64,000 nucleotides of DNA from an uncultured Clostridia bacterium (GCA_947594935.1 CANQEM010000001.1:52802-116801); one strand, 5' to 3'; numbered from the stretch's first letter, positions 26,671 to 38,417 are shown. Notes: a model not told the origin generated them from the letters alone. Program-made: numbers and translations.

Positions 26671-28866
26671 TTAGTGTTTACGGCGTACCTCGTACACACT
26701 GTCAACTTTTCTAATTGCTTTTTGCACTTTATCTAATTCATCTATATTTTCAATTTCAACTGATACGTCCATAATTGCTATACGCTCTTTTGTTGTTTTT
26801 GTGTTTACTCCCATTAGTTTTGCTTTTGTTTCTTTTAGAGCGTTTAAGGTGTCTACTAGTAGACCACTTCTGTCATTTGCTAAGACTTCTATTTCTACTT
26901 GATAAGTTTCTTTTGTCTCTTTATACCACTCAACATCTATAATTCTGTTTTCTTCTGTTAGAAGGTCTTTAACATTTATACAGTCTTTACGATGGACTGA
27001 AACCCCTCTGCCTTTTGTAATATATCCGATTATTTCATCTCCTGGAAGTGGGTTACAGCATTTTGAAAGTTTTACTAAGCAATTATCAATGCCTTTTACA
27101 ACAACACCTGAATTTGAAGGTTTAAATCTTCTTTCTCTCTGAGTTCTGCTTAATTTTTCAATTGTTTCATCAATATTGATTTCTTCGTGCTCTTTACGGT
27201 ATTCTTGTAAAACTCGTGCTATAACTTTCCCTGCTGAGTTTGCTCCAAAGCCAACAGCTGCATACATTTCTTCTAAATTTTTATATTTATATTTTTCTAG
27301 CATTGGGTCAATATATTGATTTTTAAAAATATCTTCATGGTGAAGTCCTAATCTCTTTATTTCCTTTTCAATTAAGTCTTTTCCTTTTTCAATATTTTCT
27401 TCTTTTAGAGTCTTTTTGAACCATGCTTTAATTTTGTTCTTAGCTCCTGTACTCTTTACGAATTTTAGCCAGTCTCTGCTTGGTCCTTTTGAATTATCTG
27501 ATGTGATTATTTCAACAATATCGCCACTTTTTAAAGGTGTGATAATTGGCATCATTTTACTATTTATTTTACAGCCTGTCATCTTATTACCAATCTCTGC
27601 ATGTATGTTATATGCAAAGTCAATTGGTGTTGAGCCTTGTGGTAATACTTTTATTGCTCCCTTTGGTGTGAACACATAAACTTCATCTATAAATAGCTCT
27701 GTTTTCAAAGTGTCTAAGAATTCTTGTGGGTCTTGAATTTCTTTTTGCCACTCCAAAGTTTCACGAAGCCATGCAAGTTTATCATCTTCAACTTTTACAG
27801 ATTGTTTCTTTCCAAAATAACTTGCTTCTTTATATGCCCAGTGTGCCGCGATACCATATTCTGCAACTCTGTGCATATCCCATGTACGAATTTGCACTTC
27901 AAAAGGTGTACCTTTTTCACCTAAAAGTGTTGTATGTATAGATTGATACATATTAGGTTTTGGCACAGCTATATAGTCTTTAAACCTTCCTGGCATAGGG
28001 CTATAAAGTTCATGCACAACTCCTAGTGCTGCATAGCAATCTTTTACAGAGTTAACTAAAATGCGTAAAGCAAATAAATCATATATCTGGTCTAATGTTT
28101 TGTTATCTCTTTTCATTTTACGATATATGCTATATAAATGTTTTGCACGTCCTGTTACCTCTGCATCAATATGTTGCTTTTTCAATTCTATTCTAATTTT
28201 TTCCATTATTTTTTCAATAAATTGTAAACGTTCCTCACGTTTTTTATTGATACCTTCAACAAGTTCATGATATTCATCTGGGTATAAATATTTAAAAGCT
28301 AGATCTTCAAGTTCCCATTTCATAGAGTATAAACCTAAACGGTTTGCAAGTGGTGCATAAATTTCCATTGTTTCTTTTGCATTTGCAATTTGTCTATCTC
28401 TTTTTAAATATTTCAATGTTCTCATATTATGCAATCTATCTGCCAATTTGATTATAATTACACGGATGTCTTTACCCATTGCTAAAAACATTCTTCTATA
28501 ATCTTCTACTTGTGTTTCCTCTACTGATGAAAATAGCATATTTCCTAGCTTTGTAACACCAGATACCATGTCTGCAATTTCATCATTGAATTCTCTCCTA
28601 ATATCTGCATCAGTTGCAGGTGTGTCTTCTACAACATCATGTAAAAGGGCAGCACAAATAGTATTATCATCTAAACCTATTTCTGCTAGAAGATTAGCTA
28701 CATTAAGTGGATGTGTAATATATGGTTCCCCAGAATTTCTTTTCTGGGTTTTATGATATTCATTTGCCATGTTATAAGCCTTCATGATAAGTTTTGTATC
28801 AACTTTTCGTGAATGTGCTTTTCTTTTATTTATAACATCTTGTATCGTAACTTCTTGTTCCTGCAT
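26671..28866 (-). CDS. relA: Bifunctional (p)ppGpp synthetase/hydrolase RelA/SpoT (Rel)
   Basis: HD hydrolase motif (HDVVEDT), synthetase domain, TGS and C-terminal ACT domain; 731 aa. Confidence 0.95.
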   Translation of the reverse strand: MQEQEVTIQDVINKRKAHSRKVDTKLIMKAYNMANEYHKTQKRNSGEPYITHPLNVANLLAEIGLDDNTICAALLHDVVEDTPATDADIRREFNDEIADMVSGVTKLGNMLFSSVEETQVEDYRRMFLAMGKDIRVIIIKLADRLHNMRTLKYLKRDRQIANAKETMEIYAPLANRLGLYSMKWELEDLAFKYLYPDEYHELVEGINKKREERLQFIEKIMEKIRIELKKQHIDAEVTGRAKHLYSIYRKMKRDNKTLDQIYDLFALRILVNSVKDCYAALGVVHELYSPMPGRFKDYIAVPKPNMYQSIHTTLLGEKGTPFEVQIRTWDMHRVAEYGIAAHWAYKEASYFGKKQSVKVEDDKLAWLRETLEWQKEIQDPQEFLDTLKTELFIDEVYVFTPKGAIKVLPQGSTPIDFAYNIHAEIGNKMTGCKINSKMMPIITPLKSGDIVEIITSDNSKGPSRDWLKFVKSTGAKNKIKAWFKKTLKEENIEKGKDLIEKEIKRLGLHHEDIFKNQYIDPMLEKYKYKNLEEMYAAVGFGANSAGKVIARVLQEYRKEHEEINIDETIEKLSRTQRERRFKPSNSGVVVKGIDNCLVKLSKCCNPLPGDEIIGYITKGRGVSVHRKDCINVKDLLTEENRIIDVEWYKETKETYQVEIEVLANDRSGLLVDTLNALKETKAKLMGVNTKTTKERIAIMDVSVEIENIDELDKVQKAIRKVDSVYEVRRKH

Positions 28867-28974
28867 GTAGCCTCTCTCCTTTATTATATTGACTTCATAA
28901 TATCTTTTAAATTTATTTGTATACTTTCTACACCATTGAAATTATTTATTTCTAGAATTCCCACAACATCAACC

Positions 28975-30582
28975 TTATCTCCGAATTCTATATTCATTTA
29001 CCAATTCGCCAAGATTAAAGCCGATGGCATCTATAAGTGTATTTTTTTCTTTTAAAGTCATCTTTAAATGTTTGCCTTCTGATAATGCTCGTATTGAATC
29101 GATTTTTAAATTTTTCAAAGCAAATATTGGTGTTTTGTTGCCTTCCCCAAATGGCTCTAATTGTTTCAAACTTTCTATGATTTCTTTGGAGATATTTGCC
29201 AATTCAATTTTGCCATCAATTTGTATAACTGGCACTATTCTTTCTATATGTGCATTTTTTGCTACTTCTTCAATTTTTTTGCTAAATGGCTCAACCATGT
29301 CTTTTTTTAAAGTAATACCTATTGCCATACTATGACCGCCAAATTTTTCAATTGTGTCCATACAGTTCATCAAAGCTTCATGTAAGTCAAACCCTGGTAT
29401 ACTTCTGCCTGAGCCCTTTGCTAAATCATCTTCATAGCATAATAATATTGTTGGTTTAAAATATTTTTCTGTGATTTTTGAGGCAACAATTCCTATAACA
29501 CCATGGTGCCAGTCATTACCTGCAATAACAATTGTGTTTCTTTTGTCTAAGTCTTTATCTTCAATCATTTTGATTGCTTCTTGATATATTTCTTTTTCTG
29601 TGCTTTGCCTCATACTATTAAATTTATTTAATTCTTGTGTCAATTTTATTACTTCATTTTTATTTTCACTTAAAAATAGTTGTAAAGCTTTTTCAGCATA
29701 TCCCATTCTTCCACAAGCATTTATTCTAGGAGCAACTCCAAAAGAAATGGCTGTTGAATCAATTTGCACAAAACCAGATAAGCTAAGTAAAGATTTTAAT
29801 CCGACATTTCGAGTTACATTTACAAGTTGTAATCCTAATTTTGTTATAACTCTATTTTCATCAATTAGAGGCACAATGTCTGAGATTGTTCCAACACATA
29901 CAATATCTAAGAATTTTAAATATGCTTCTTCTGGTAATTTTAATTCTTGTGATAAAGCTTGTATTAGTTTAAATACAACACCTACACCAGCTAAATCTCT
30001 GCATGGATATTTACTGTCTTTTCTCTTTGCGTCAATTACAGCAATGGCATTAGGCAATTCTTCTGCTACTTCATGGTGGTCTGTTACTATTGTTTCTATT
30101 CCTAGTTTGTTTGCATGTTCAATTTCTTCTATTGCTGAAATTCCACAGTCTACTGTTATCATCAACTTGTATTGCTTTTTTGCGATTTCTTCTACTGCTG
30201 GAATATTTAAGCCATAGCCTTCTTCTAATCTGTTAGGAATATAATGGTCTATTTGTATTCCTAAATCTTTTAAAAAGCTTTTTAATACTGTTGTACTTGT
30301 TATTCCGTCTGCATCATAATCGCCATAAATAATCATTTTTTCTTTATTCTCTATTGCTGTTTTTATTCTATCAACAGCTTTTTTCATGTCTGGCATTAAA
30401 AATGGATCATGAAAATCTTTGCGAGTTGGGTTTAAAAATGTTTTTAATTTTTCAGGTTCATACATGTCTCTGTTTACAAGTATTGTAGCTAATAATGGGT
30501 TGATTTTTTGTGTTTTAACTAATATATCTACTTGCTTTTGCTTTTCTTCATTTAATTCATAAATTTGCCACTTTTTTGTCAT
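28975..30582 (-). CDS. recJ: Single-stranded-DNA-specific exonuclease RecJ
   Basis: DHH motifs (IYGDYDADGITST, DHH) and a DHHA1 domain. The start is placed at the ATG at 30582 after an AGGAGA RBS; the ORF track starts 69 nt earlier. Confidence 0.9.
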   Translation of the reverse strand: MTKKWQIYELNEEKQKQVDILVKTQKINPLLATILVNRDMYEPEKLKTFLNPTRKDFHDPFLMPDMKKAVDRIKTAIENKEKMIIYGDYDADGITSTTVLKSFLKDLGIQIDHYIPNRLEEGYGLNIPAVEEIAKKQYKLMITVDCGISAIEEIEHANKLGIETIVTDHHEVAEELPNAIAVIDAKRKDSKYPCRDLAGVGVVFKLIQALSQELKLPEEAYLKFLDIVCVGTISDIVPLIDENRVITKLGLQLVNVTRNVGLKSLLSLSGFVQIDSTAISFGVAPRINACGRMGYAEKALQLFLSENKNEVIKLTQELNKFNSMRQSTEKEIYQEAIKMIEDKDLDKRNTIVIAGNDWHHGVIGIVASKITEKYFKPTILLCYEDDLAKGSGRSIPGFDLHEALMNCMDTIEKFGGHSMAIGITLKKDMVEPFSKKIEEVAKNAHIERIVPVIQIDGKIELANISKEIIESLKQLEPFGEGNKTPIFALKNLKIDSIRALSEGKHLKMTLKEKNTLIDAIGFNLGELVNEYRIRR

Positions 30583-30663
30583 TTTTTTCTCCTTTCTTAT
30601 TTCTAGACTATAATTACTTATATTTATACCATAAAATACAATTTTTCGCAATAAAATTAGAAA

Positions 30664-30698
30664 AAAACCTGCAACTTAATTGCAAGTTTTTAATCTGA
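30664..30698 (-). terminator. Terminator ending the fab/acc operon
   Basis: Imperfect hairpin AAAAACCTGCAA-CTTAA-TTGCAAGTTTTT between the fabI stop and the recJ start. Confidence 0.6.
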
Positions 30699-30705
30699 TT
30701 TTTTA

Positions 30706-31476
30706 TTATACGCCAACTGATGAAAAACCATTATCAACATGTATAACTTCTCCTGTAATCGCATTTGCCATATCACTGAATAAAAAGACTGTTGCATCTC
30801 CAACTTCTTTTGTTGTTACATTCCTATGTAAAGGTGATTTTTGTTCAACAACATCTAATATACTTCCAAAGTCTTTTATTCCTTTTGCTGAAAGTGTTTT
30901 GATTGGTCCCGCTGATATTGCATTTATACGGCAATTCATTTTTCCTAAGTCAACTGCTAAGTATCTAATAGATGCTTCTAATGCTGCTTTTGCAACACCC
31001 ATAACATTATACCCTTCAATTGCTTTTTCAGAGCCAAAATATGTGTATGCTACAATACTTGCTCCTTCATTTAACATATCTTTTTCCTTTGCCATTCTTA
31101 ATATTGCAATTAGTGAATAACTACTAACATCTTGTGCATGTGCATAGCCATCTCTTGTTGTGTTTATAAAATCATTTCTTAAATCTTCTGTATTTGCATG
31201 TGCAATAGCATGTAAAATTCCATCAATTTTGCCATGGTCTTTTTTGATTTCTTCCAAACATTTATCAATATCTGCATCTATACTAACATTATTGCAAATA
31301 TATAGACTGGTTCCTGGCAATTCTTTTAATAGTTCTTTAACTTTTTCGTAACTATCTTCTGCACAAGTACAAATAACTTCTGCACCTTGCTCATAAGCTG
31401 ATTGTGTTGCTCCCCATGCAATACTCCATTTATTTCTAACCCCCATAATAACTACTTTTTTACCTTTTAAAATCAT
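30706..31476 (-). CDS. fabI: Enoyl-[acyl-carrier-protein] reductase (NADH), FabI-type SDR
   Basis: 256 aa. N-terminal GKKVVIMGVRNKWSIAWG dinucleotide fold; Y-x6-K region consistent with FabI/FabL enzymes. Confidence 0.8.
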   Translation of the reverse strand: MILKGKKVVIMGVRNKWSIAWGATQSAYEQGAEVICTCAEDSYEKVKELLKELPGTSLYICNNVSIDADIDKCLEEIKKDHGKIDGILHAIAHANTEDLRNDFINTTRDGYAHAQDVSSYSLIAILRMAKEKDMLNEGASIVAYTYFGSEKAIEGYNVMGVAKAALEASIRYLAVDLGKMNCRINAISAGPIKTLSAKGIKDFGSILDVVEQKSPLHRNVTTKEVGDATVFLFSDMANAITGEVIHVDNGFSSVGV

Positions 31477-31492
31477 TTTCTAATCTCTCCTT

Positions 31493-32263
31493 TTAATATA
31501 TTTTTCTGTATTTTTCATATCTTTTTACTAGTAATTCATCTTTACTTAGTTTTTGCAATTCTTTCAAATTTTTAATAATATATCTTTTTAAACTTTGTGT
31601 GATTTTTTCAAAATCATCATTTTCTTTGATAATATGATCTGCAATTCCCAATTTTTGAAGATCCTCTGCTGTTATTTTCATATTTTCTGCTGCTTCTTTT
31701 GCTTTTGTACTGTCCTTATATAAAATACTTGCAAAGCCTTCTGGTGAAAGTATCGAATATATTGCATTTTCTAACATTACTATTCTGTCTCCTACTCCTA
31801 TTGCTAATGCTCCTCCACTTGAACCTTCTCCAATTACTACACAAATAATTGGAACTTTTAAACCTGCCATTTCCATAATGCTTTTTGCTATTGCTTCCCC
31901 TTGACTTCTTTCTTCTGCGCCAACACCTGGGTAAGCTCCTGGTGTGTCTATAAATGTTATAATTGGTCTATTGAATTTTTCTGCTTGTTCCATTAGTCTA
32001 AGTGCTTTCCTATATCCCTCTGGTTCTGGCATACCAAAGTTTCTTTCTATATTTTCTTTTGCACTTTTCCCCTTTTGCTCTCCTATTACTGTGACCGGTA
32101 TATTGCCAAGAAGTGCTATTCCGCCAACAATTGCTTTGTCATCTCCATAGTTTCTATCTCCATGTAATTCCATGAATTCATCAAATATATTTTCTATATA
32201 ATCTAATGCTTTTGGCCTTTCTGCTTCTCTTGCTATTTCTACTCTTTCCCATGCTGTTTTCAC
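31493..32263 (-). CDS. accA: Acetyl-CoA carboxylase carboxyltransferase alpha subunit
   Basis: [27 protein letters not shown] signature. Confidence 0.9.
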   Translation of the reverse strand: MKTAWERVEIAREAERPKALDYIENIFDEFMELHGDRNYGDDKAIVGGIALLGNIPVTVIGEQKGKSAKENIERNFGMPEPEGYRKALRLMEQAEKFNRPIITFIDTPGAYPGVGAEERSQGEAIAKSIMEMAGLKVPIICVVIGEGSSGGALAIGVGDRIVMLENAIYSILSPEGFASILYKDSTKAKEAAENMKITAEDLQKLGIADHIIKENDDFEKITQSLKRYIIKNLKELQKLSKDELLVKRYEKYRKIY

Positions 32264-32278
32264 TTGATTTCACTTCCT

Positions 32279-33124
32279 TCATTTATGATATTTAAGCAAT
32301 TTGCCTAGCGTGTGTTTCATATCTTTTCTTTCTACTATTTTATCAATAAAGCCATGTTCTAATAAAAATTCTGATTTTTGAAAACCTTCTGGCAATTGCT
32401 GTTTAATTGTTTGTTCAATTACTCTTGGACCCGCAAAACCAATTAAAGCATCTGGCTCAGCTAAAATAATGTCACCTAAACTTGCAAAACTTGCTGTAAC
32501 TCCTCCTGTTGTTGGGTCTGTTAATACTGAAATATATAACAAACCTGCATCTTGCAATCTTTTTATTGCTGCTGATGTTTTTGCCATCTGCATTAGTGAA
32601 ATAATGCCTTCCTGCATACGTGCACCACCAGAGACGCAGAAAATAATAATTGGTAGCCTTTTTTCAATTGCTGTTTCAATTGCAATTGTTATTCTTTCAC
32701 CTACTGCTGAACCCATACTACCCATTAAGAAATTTCCGTCCATAACAGCTAATACACATTTTTCTCCTTCAATTTTGCATGTACCACATGTTACGGCTTC
32801 TTGCAAATTAGTTTTTTCTCTCAAAGCATTTACTTTTTCTAAATATCCTTTGAACTTTAAAGGGTCTTTTGTTAAAATTTCTGAGGCAATTTCTTTAAAT
32901 GTGTTTTCATCTGCTATTTGTGCTATTCTTCTTCTTGAAGATAATCTAAAGTGTTTGCCACAAACTGGGCATACACTTAGATTTTCATGTACATCTTCTT
33001 TGTATAAAATTTCTTTACAGGCTTCGCATTTTACCCACTTTCCTATCATCTTATCAGATGCTGCCTCATTTTTCCTAGTTTGACTTTCTTTATGATTTAT
33101 TTTACGCACTTTATTTATTACCAT
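32279..33124 (-). CDS. accD: Acetyl-CoA carboxylase carboxyltransferase beta subunit
   Basis: N-terminal Zn ribbon CEACKEILY...CPVCGKH plus the carboxyltransferase fold. The start is placed at the ATG at 33124 (AAAGGA RBS), overlapping the accC end; the ORF track starts at 33181. Confidence 0.88.
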   Translation of the reverse strand: MVINKVRKINHKESQTRKNEAASDKMIGKWVKCEACKEILYKEDVHENLSVCPVCGKHFRLSSRRRIAQIADENTFKEIASEILTKDPLKFKGYLEKVNALREKTNLQEAVTCGTCKIEGEKCVLAVMDGNFLMGSMGSAVGERITIAIETAIEKRLPIIIFCVSGGARMQEGIISLMQMAKTSAAIKRLQDAGLLYISVLTDPTTGGVTASFASLGDIILAEPDALIGFAGPRVIEQTIKQQLPEGFQKSEFLLEHGFIDKIVERKDMKHTLGKLLKYHK

Positions 33125-34463
33125 AATTATAAGTCCTTTCAATAAATGATGTATCATAGTTATTTGTAACAAAATCTGCATTATTTAAAATATCTAATAT
33201 AAATTCTACATTTGTTTCAATTCCTTCAACAACTAATTCTGCAACTGCACTTTTTAATTTTGCAATTGCTTCTTTACGGGTTTTACCGTGTGCAATTACT
33301 TTTGCAATCATCGAATCATAAGTTGGTGGAATTGTGTAATCTGAATAAATTGCCGTATCCACTCTTATGCCATTTCCACCTGGTAAGTGTAGTCCTGTGA
33401 TTTTTCCTGGGCATGGCATAAAATTTTTTGCTGGGTTTTCTGCATTTATTCTTGCTTCCATACTATATCCTGAAATTTTAATATCTTTTTGTTTATATTG
33501 TAGTTTCTCATTTGATGCTATTTTTATCTGTTCTTTAATTAAATCAAGGTCTGTTACCATTTCTGTTATTGGATGTTCTACTTGTATTCTTGTGTTCATT
33601 TCCATAAAATAGAAATTCTTATCTTTATCAAGTAGAAATTCAATTGTTCCAGCATTTGTATAGCCAATCTCTTTTGCCGCTTTTGCTGCAATTTGCCCCA
33701 TTTTTTCTCTGGTTTTTTCATCAATCACTGAACTTGGAGTTTCTTCTATTATCTTTTGGTTTTTTCTTTGAATTGTGCAATCTCTTTCCCCTAGATGAAT
33801 ACAGTTGCCATGCTCATCTGCTAATATTTGAAATTCAATATGCCTTGGATTTTCTATTACTTTTTCTAAATAGATGTCATCATCATTAAAAGATATTTTT
33901 GCTTCTTGCTTTACCATGTCATATTCTTTCTCAAGCTCATTTTTTGATTTTACTATTCTTATCCCTTTGCCTCCACCTCCGGCTGAGGCTTTTAACATAA
34001 CAGGATATTTTATTTGCTCTGCTAAACGGCATGCTTCTTCTTTTGATTTTAAAACTCCATCTGAGCCTGGAACAACTGGAACACCAGCTTTTTTCATGCT
34101 TTGTTTTGCTTTTACTTTGTTTCCAAGTAATTCTATTATTTCTGACTTTGGTCCGATAAATTTTATTCCTATTTCTTCACATCTTTTTGCAAATTTTGCA
34201 TTTTCTGATAAAAAGCCATAACCAGGGTGGATGCTATCTGCCCCCATTAAACATGCAGCTTCTAATATTGCTTTAACATCTAAATAGCTTTTCTTAGATG
34301 TTGCAGGTCCTATACATATTGCCTCATCAGCTAATTTCGTATGTAGAGCATTTTTATCAGCTTCTGAATATATTGCAATTGTTCTTATTCCCATTTCTCT
34401 ACATGCTCGAATAATTCTAACAGCAATTTCACCACGGTTTGCAACTAACAATTTTTTTATCAC
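33111..34463 (-). CDS. accC: Acetyl-CoA carboxylase biotin carboxylase subunit
   Basis: [24 protein letters not shown] and the ATP-grasp domain. The start is a GTG at 34463, 9 nt after AAGGAGTG; the ORF track extends further upstream. Confidence 0.93.
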   Translation of the reverse strand: MIKKLLVANRGEIAVRIIRACREMGIRTIAIYSEADKNALHTKLADEAICIGPATSKKSYLDVKAILEAACLMGADSIHPGYGFLSENAKFAKRCEEIGIKFIGPKSEIIELLGNKVKAKQSMKKAGVPVVPGSDGVLKSKEEACRLAEQIKYPVMLKASAGGGGKGIRIVKSKNELEKEYDMVKQEAKISFNDDDIYLEKVIENPRHIEFQILADEHGNCIHLGERDCTIQRKNQKIIEETPSSVIDEKTREKMGQIAAKAAKEIGYTNAGTIEFLLDKDKNFYFMEMNTRIQVEHPITEMVTDLDLIKEQIKIASNEKLQYKQKDIKISGYSMEARINAENPAKNFMPCPGKITGLHLPGGNGIRVDTAIYSDYTIPPTYDSMIAKVIAHGKTRKEAIAKLKSAVAELVVEGIETNVEFILDILNNADFVTNNYDTSFIERTYNYGNK

Positions 34464-34479
34464 TTTTTTATTCACTCCT

Positions 34480-34902
34480 TTATACAATTGCAAAAGTAAG
34501 TTCACCTTTAACAGCTACTTTACCATCAACAGTAGCTATTGCTTCACCAATTCCAACTGGTCCTTTTCTTTTTATTATTTTTACTTCTAATTTTAACCTG
34601 TCTCCTGGTAAAACTTGTTTTTTGAATTTTAATTTATCAATTCCACCAAAAAGTGCATTTTTGCCTTTGTTTTCTTCCATTGATAATATTGCAATCGCAC
34701 CAGTTTGAGCTAGTGCTTCTACCATTAGCACACCTGGCATAATTGGATTTCCTGGGAAATGCCCTTGGAAGTAGTATTCATTCTTATCTACATTTTTATA
34801 TGCTGTTGCACTTTCTCCGGGAATATAGTTTTCTACTTCATCTATCATTAAAAATGGTTCTCTTTGTGGAATTATTTGTTTTATTTCTTCTTTGTTTAAC
34901 AT
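34480..34902 (-). CDS. fabZ: 3-hydroxyacyl-ACP dehydratase FabZ
   Basis: Hot-dog fold with the [12 protein letters not shown] motif; 140 aa. Confidence 0.93.
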   Translation of the reverse strand: MLNKEEIKQIIPQREPFLMIDEVENYIPGESATAYKNVDKNEYYFQGHFPGNPIMPGVLMVEALAQTGAIAILSMEENKGKNALFGGIDKLKFKKQVLPGDRLKLEVKIIKRKGPVGIGEAIATVDGKVAVKGELTFAIV

Positions 34903-34914
34903 TTCATTACCTAC

Positions 34915-35340
34915 CTATTTTATTCTAAATAATGGATCTCCATATCCAATTGTTTCTCCATCTTTTACGCATATTTCAACAACTTCGCCATCAAATTCAC
35001 TTTCAATTTCGTTCATCAATTTCATTGCTTCTACTATGCAAACTACTTGACCTTTGCTAATTTTGTCCCCTATTTTTACATAAGGTGGCTTATCTGGGTT
35101 ACTGCTTGCATAAAATGTTCCTACCATTGGTGATTTTATTTCTTTGTACTCGTGTTTTGGCTCTGCTGGTGGTTCAGGCATTGGCTTTGGAACTTCTACT
35201 GTTTTTTGATTTTCAATCTTTTTTTCCATATTTATTTTAAAGCCATCTGGAAATTCAAGTGATAATGCAGACAATTTTGAATTTTCCATGTCTTTTATTA
35301 TTTCTTTAATTTCTTTGTATTCCATCTTTTTCTCTCCCAT
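34915..35340 (-). CDS. accB: Biotin carboxyl carrier protein
   Basis: Biotinyl-lysine motif [10 protein letters not shown] and a Pro/Ala-rich linker. Confidence 0.9.
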   Translation of the reverse strand: MGEKKMEYKEIKEIIKDMENSKLSALSLEFPDGFKINMEKKIENQKTVEVPKPMPEPPAEPKHEYKEIKSPMVGTFYASSNPDKPPYVKIGDKISKGQVVCIVEAMKLMNEIESEFDGEVVEICVKDGETIGYGDPLFRIK

Positions 35341-36576
35341 CTATATATATTTCTTTAACAAAATGCTGCTATTATGACCACCAAAGCCCAAAGAATTTGA
35401 CATTGCATATTTTACTTCAACATTTCTACCTTCATTTGGCACAATGTCTAAGTCGCATTCTTCATCTGGCACTTTGTAGTTGATTGTAGGTGGTACATAT
35501 CCTTCTTGTATTGCTTTTGCACACACAAGTGCTTCTATTCCACCAGCTGCACCCATTAGATGTCCTGTGTTTCCTTTTGTAGAGCTTACCATTACTGTTT
35601 TTGCGGCTTCGCCCAAAGCTGTTTTTATTGCTTTTGTTTCGCAAGCATCATTTAAATGTGTTGATGTACCATGTGCATTTATATATGTGATTTCTTCTGA
35701 TTTAATATTTGCTTCTTCCATTGCTAATTTCATTGCTCTTGCACCGCCTTCGCCATCTAAGGCTGGTGATGTTATATGATATGCGTCAGAAGTTGCACCA
35801 TATCCAACTATTTCTGCATATATCTTTGCATTTCTTTTTTTAGCATGTTCTAATTCTTCTAAGATTAAAACTGCGGCTCCTTCGCCCATTATAAAGCCAC
35901 TACGTTCTTTGTCAAAAGGGATACTTGCTCTTGTTTTATCTTCCGCCTTTGAAAGTGCCTTTATATTCATAAATCCTGCTACACTTAGCGGAGTTATAGA
36001 GCTTTCAGTTCCTCCTGCTATTACAACATCTTGATAACCATGTTTTACCATACGATAACTTTCGCCAATAGAGTGTGTTCCAGTAGCACATGCAGTGACT
36101 AATGCAATTGACTCCCCTCTTGCTCCTAAATCTATTGCAACATTTCCCGTTGCCATATTTAAAATTGACATTGGTATATACATAGGTGAAACTCTATCTG
36201 GTCCTTTTTCATAGCATTTTTTGCTTTCATTTTCTATTGTTTCTATTCCACCTATGCCAGAGCCAATAACTACTCCAACACGTTCCATGTTTTCTTTTTC
36301 TTTATCTAAACCACTATCTTTCCAAGCTTCTCTTGAAGCAATTATTGCATATTGAGAATATTTGTCTAATCTCTTTGCTTCACGTCTGTCAAAATATTTT
36401 TCTGGGTTATATTCTTTTAATTCTGCTGCAAGTTTAACTTTAAAATTTTCTGTATCAAATGCTGTAATTTTGTCTATTCCGCATTTTCCTTTTTTTATTC
36501 CGTCCCAAAATTCTTCTACTGAGTTTCCTATTGGTGTGATAGCACCAAGCCCAGTTATTACTACTCTTTTTTCCAT
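35341..36576 (-). CDS. fabF: Beta-ketoacyl-ACP synthase II
   Basis: 411-aa KAS with active-site Cys (ACATGTHSIG) and His-His (HGTST, GHLMGAAG). Confidence 0.93.
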   Translation of the reverse strand: MEKRVVITGLGAITPIGNSVEEFWDGIKKGKCGIDKITAFDTENFKVKLAAELKEYNPEKYFDRREAKRLDKYSQYAIIASREAWKDSGLDKEKENMERVGVVIGSGIGGIETIENESKKCYEKGPDRVSPMYIPMSILNMATGNVAIDLGARGESIALVTACATGTHSIGESYRMVKHGYQDVVIAGGTESSITPLSVAGFMNIKALSKAEDKTRASIPFDKERSGFIMGEGAAVLILEELEHAKKRNAKIYAEIVGYGATSDAYHITSPALDGEGGARAMKLAMEEANIKSEEITYINAHGTSTHLNDACETKAIKTALGEAAKTVMVSSTKGNTGHLMGAAGGIEALVCAKAIQEGYVPPTINYKVPDEECDLDIVPNEGRNVEVKYAMSNSLGFGGHNSSILLKKYI

Positions 36577-36594
36577 TTTCCTCTTTCCTTTCTT

Positions 36595-37347
36595 TTAAGA
36601 CATGCCACCATCTATTGAAATGACTTGCCCTGTAATATATGCGCTAGTATCTTCTCCTAAAAAATATACTAATTCTGCAACTTCTTTTGCTGTTCCCATC
36701 CTATTTAATGGAATTTGTTTGAAAATATTTTCTTTAACTGATTCTTGCAAAACATCTGTCATATCTGTTTCAATAAAGCCTGGTGCTACTGCATTTGCTC
36801 GTATATTTCTTGAAGCTAATTCTTTGGCAATGCTTTTTGTAAAACCAATTATTCCGGCTTTTGATGCAGAATAGTTACATTGTCCGCTATTACCGACAAT
36901 TCCTACAATAGAAGATAAATTAACAATAGAGCCTTTGCGTTTTTTCATCATGTATTTAGTTACTAATTTTGTAACTATATATGTTCCTTTTAAGTTGACT
37001 TCTATTACTCTATCAAATTCTTCTTCTGACATCCTAATTAACAAATTATCTTTTGTAATTCCTGCATTATTTACTAGTACATCTATTTTTTCAAAGCTCT
37101 CTATTGCTTTTTTTACAAGTGTTTCCATATCTTGCGAATTTGTAACATCTGCTTTTTCGATTATTACTCCTTTTGCTCCTTCATTTTTTAGTTCAGTTTT
37201 TAATTTTTCAACATCTGTTTTATCTGATACATAATTTGTTACAATGTTATAACCGCTTTTTGCAAATTTGATGGCTATTTCTTTACCTATTCCTCTTGAA
37301 CCACCAGTTATGAATATTGTTTTACCTTCTTCGTTCACTCTAATCAT
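36595..37347 (-). CDS. fabG: 3-oxoacyl-ACP reductase
   Basis: SDR with TGGSRGIGKEIA, NNAGIT and YSASKAG motifs. Confidence 0.9.
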   Translation of the reverse strand: MIRVNEEGKTIFITGGSRGIGKEIAIKFAKSGYNIVTNYVSDKTDVEKLKTELKNEGAKGVIIEKADVTNSQDMETLVKKAIESFEKIDVLVNNAGITKDNLLIRMSEEEFDRVIEVNLKGTYIVTKLVTKYMMKKRKGSIVNLSSIVGIVGNSGQCNYSASKAGIIGFTKSIAKELASRNIRANAVAPGFIETDMTDVLQESVKENIFKQIPLNRMGTAKEVAELVYFLGEDTSAYITGQVISIDGGMS

Positions 37348-38294
37348 CCTTTCTTCATTATATATTCTTCTAGTGAATCTACGTCTTTTATATTTACTAG
37401 ATTTGCTTCACTATTTTCTTTTTTTATAAATCCTGTTAATGTTCTTCCTGGTCCTATTTCTACAAATTCATTTATACCTTCTTCCTGCATTGTTTTTATG
37501 GTTTTGTCAAACCTTACTGGTGAAATAATATGGTTTGCTAGGATTTCTTTTATGTCATCTTGTGAGTTATAGAAAGTACCGTCAATGTTTTTTATAACTT
37601 TTATGTTTGTATTCATATTAAAGTTTATGTTTTCTAATTCTTGTTTATATGCTTCTCTTGCATTTAATAGCTTGGTTGTATGGAATGGTCCATTTGTTTT
37701 TAGTTTAATTACTTTTTTTGCTCCTAGGTCTTTTAATTTTTCCATGGTTTGTTCAACTGCCAATTCGTTTCCAGATATAACTGTTTGTTCTTGATAGTTA
37801 TAGTTTGCTGGTACAACAAAGTTTTCTTTTGTTGAAATTGCTCTGCATACTTCTTCAATTTTGCTTGATTCTAAGCCAATAATTGCTGCCATGCTGTACT
37901 TTTCATCTGGAATTAAGTTTCCCATATAATATCCTCTTTTTTTAACTAGTTTAATCCCATCTTCAAAACTTAAAATTCCAGCATATACTAGTGCAGTATA
38001 TTCTCCAAGGCTTAAACCAACTGCAATGTCTGCATTTATTCCTTTGCTTTTTAAAACTTCTAATATTGCTAAACTTGTTGTAAACATTGCTATTTGCGTA
38101 TTCTGTGTTTTGTTCAACTCTTCTTCTGGTCCTTCAAAGCAAAGTTTTTTTACTGGCATTTTAGAAATTTGTTCAGATTTATCATATATTTTTTTTGCTT
38201 CTGGATATTTTTCATATATATCTTTTCCCATTCCTATAACTTGTGCACCTTGCCCTGGGAATAAAAAAGCTCTTTTTAAATCCATGTTCATCAC
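37344..38294 (-). CDS. fabD: Malonyl-CoA:ACP transacylase
   Basis: FLFPGQGAQ and GLSLGEY (active-site Ser) motifs. Confidence 0.92.
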   Translation of the reverse strand: MMNMDLKRAFLFPGQGAQVIGMGKDIYEKYPEAKKIYDKSEQISKMPVKKLCFEGPEEELNKTQNTQIAMFTTSLAILEVLKSKGINADIAVGLSLGEYTALVYAGILSFEDGIKLVKKRGYYMGNLIPDEKYSMAAIIGLESSKIEEVCRAISTKENFVVPANYNYQEQTVISGNELAVEQTMEKLKDLGAKKVIKLKTNGPFHTTKLLNAREAYKQELENINFNMNTNIKVIKNIDGTFYNSQDDIKEILANHIISPVRFDKTIKTMQEEGINEFVEIGPGRTLTGFIKKENSEANLVNIKDVDSLEEYIMKKG

Positions 38295-38368
38295 TTTCCT
38301 TTATGTAAGATATTTTATATCATTTTAATTTCTTTTTCTATTGTTATGGGCGGTCAGTTCATTATATA

Positions 38369-38398
38369 AAAAACAAAAGAGATAGAAAAATTTTCTAC
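38369..38398 (-). terminator. spoVS terminator
   Basis: 12-bp stem AGAGATAGAAAA / TTTTCTACCTCT with one mismatch, followed by a minus-sense U-run. Confidence 0.65.
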
Positions 38399-38417
38399 CT
38401 CTTATTTCTTAAACTCT

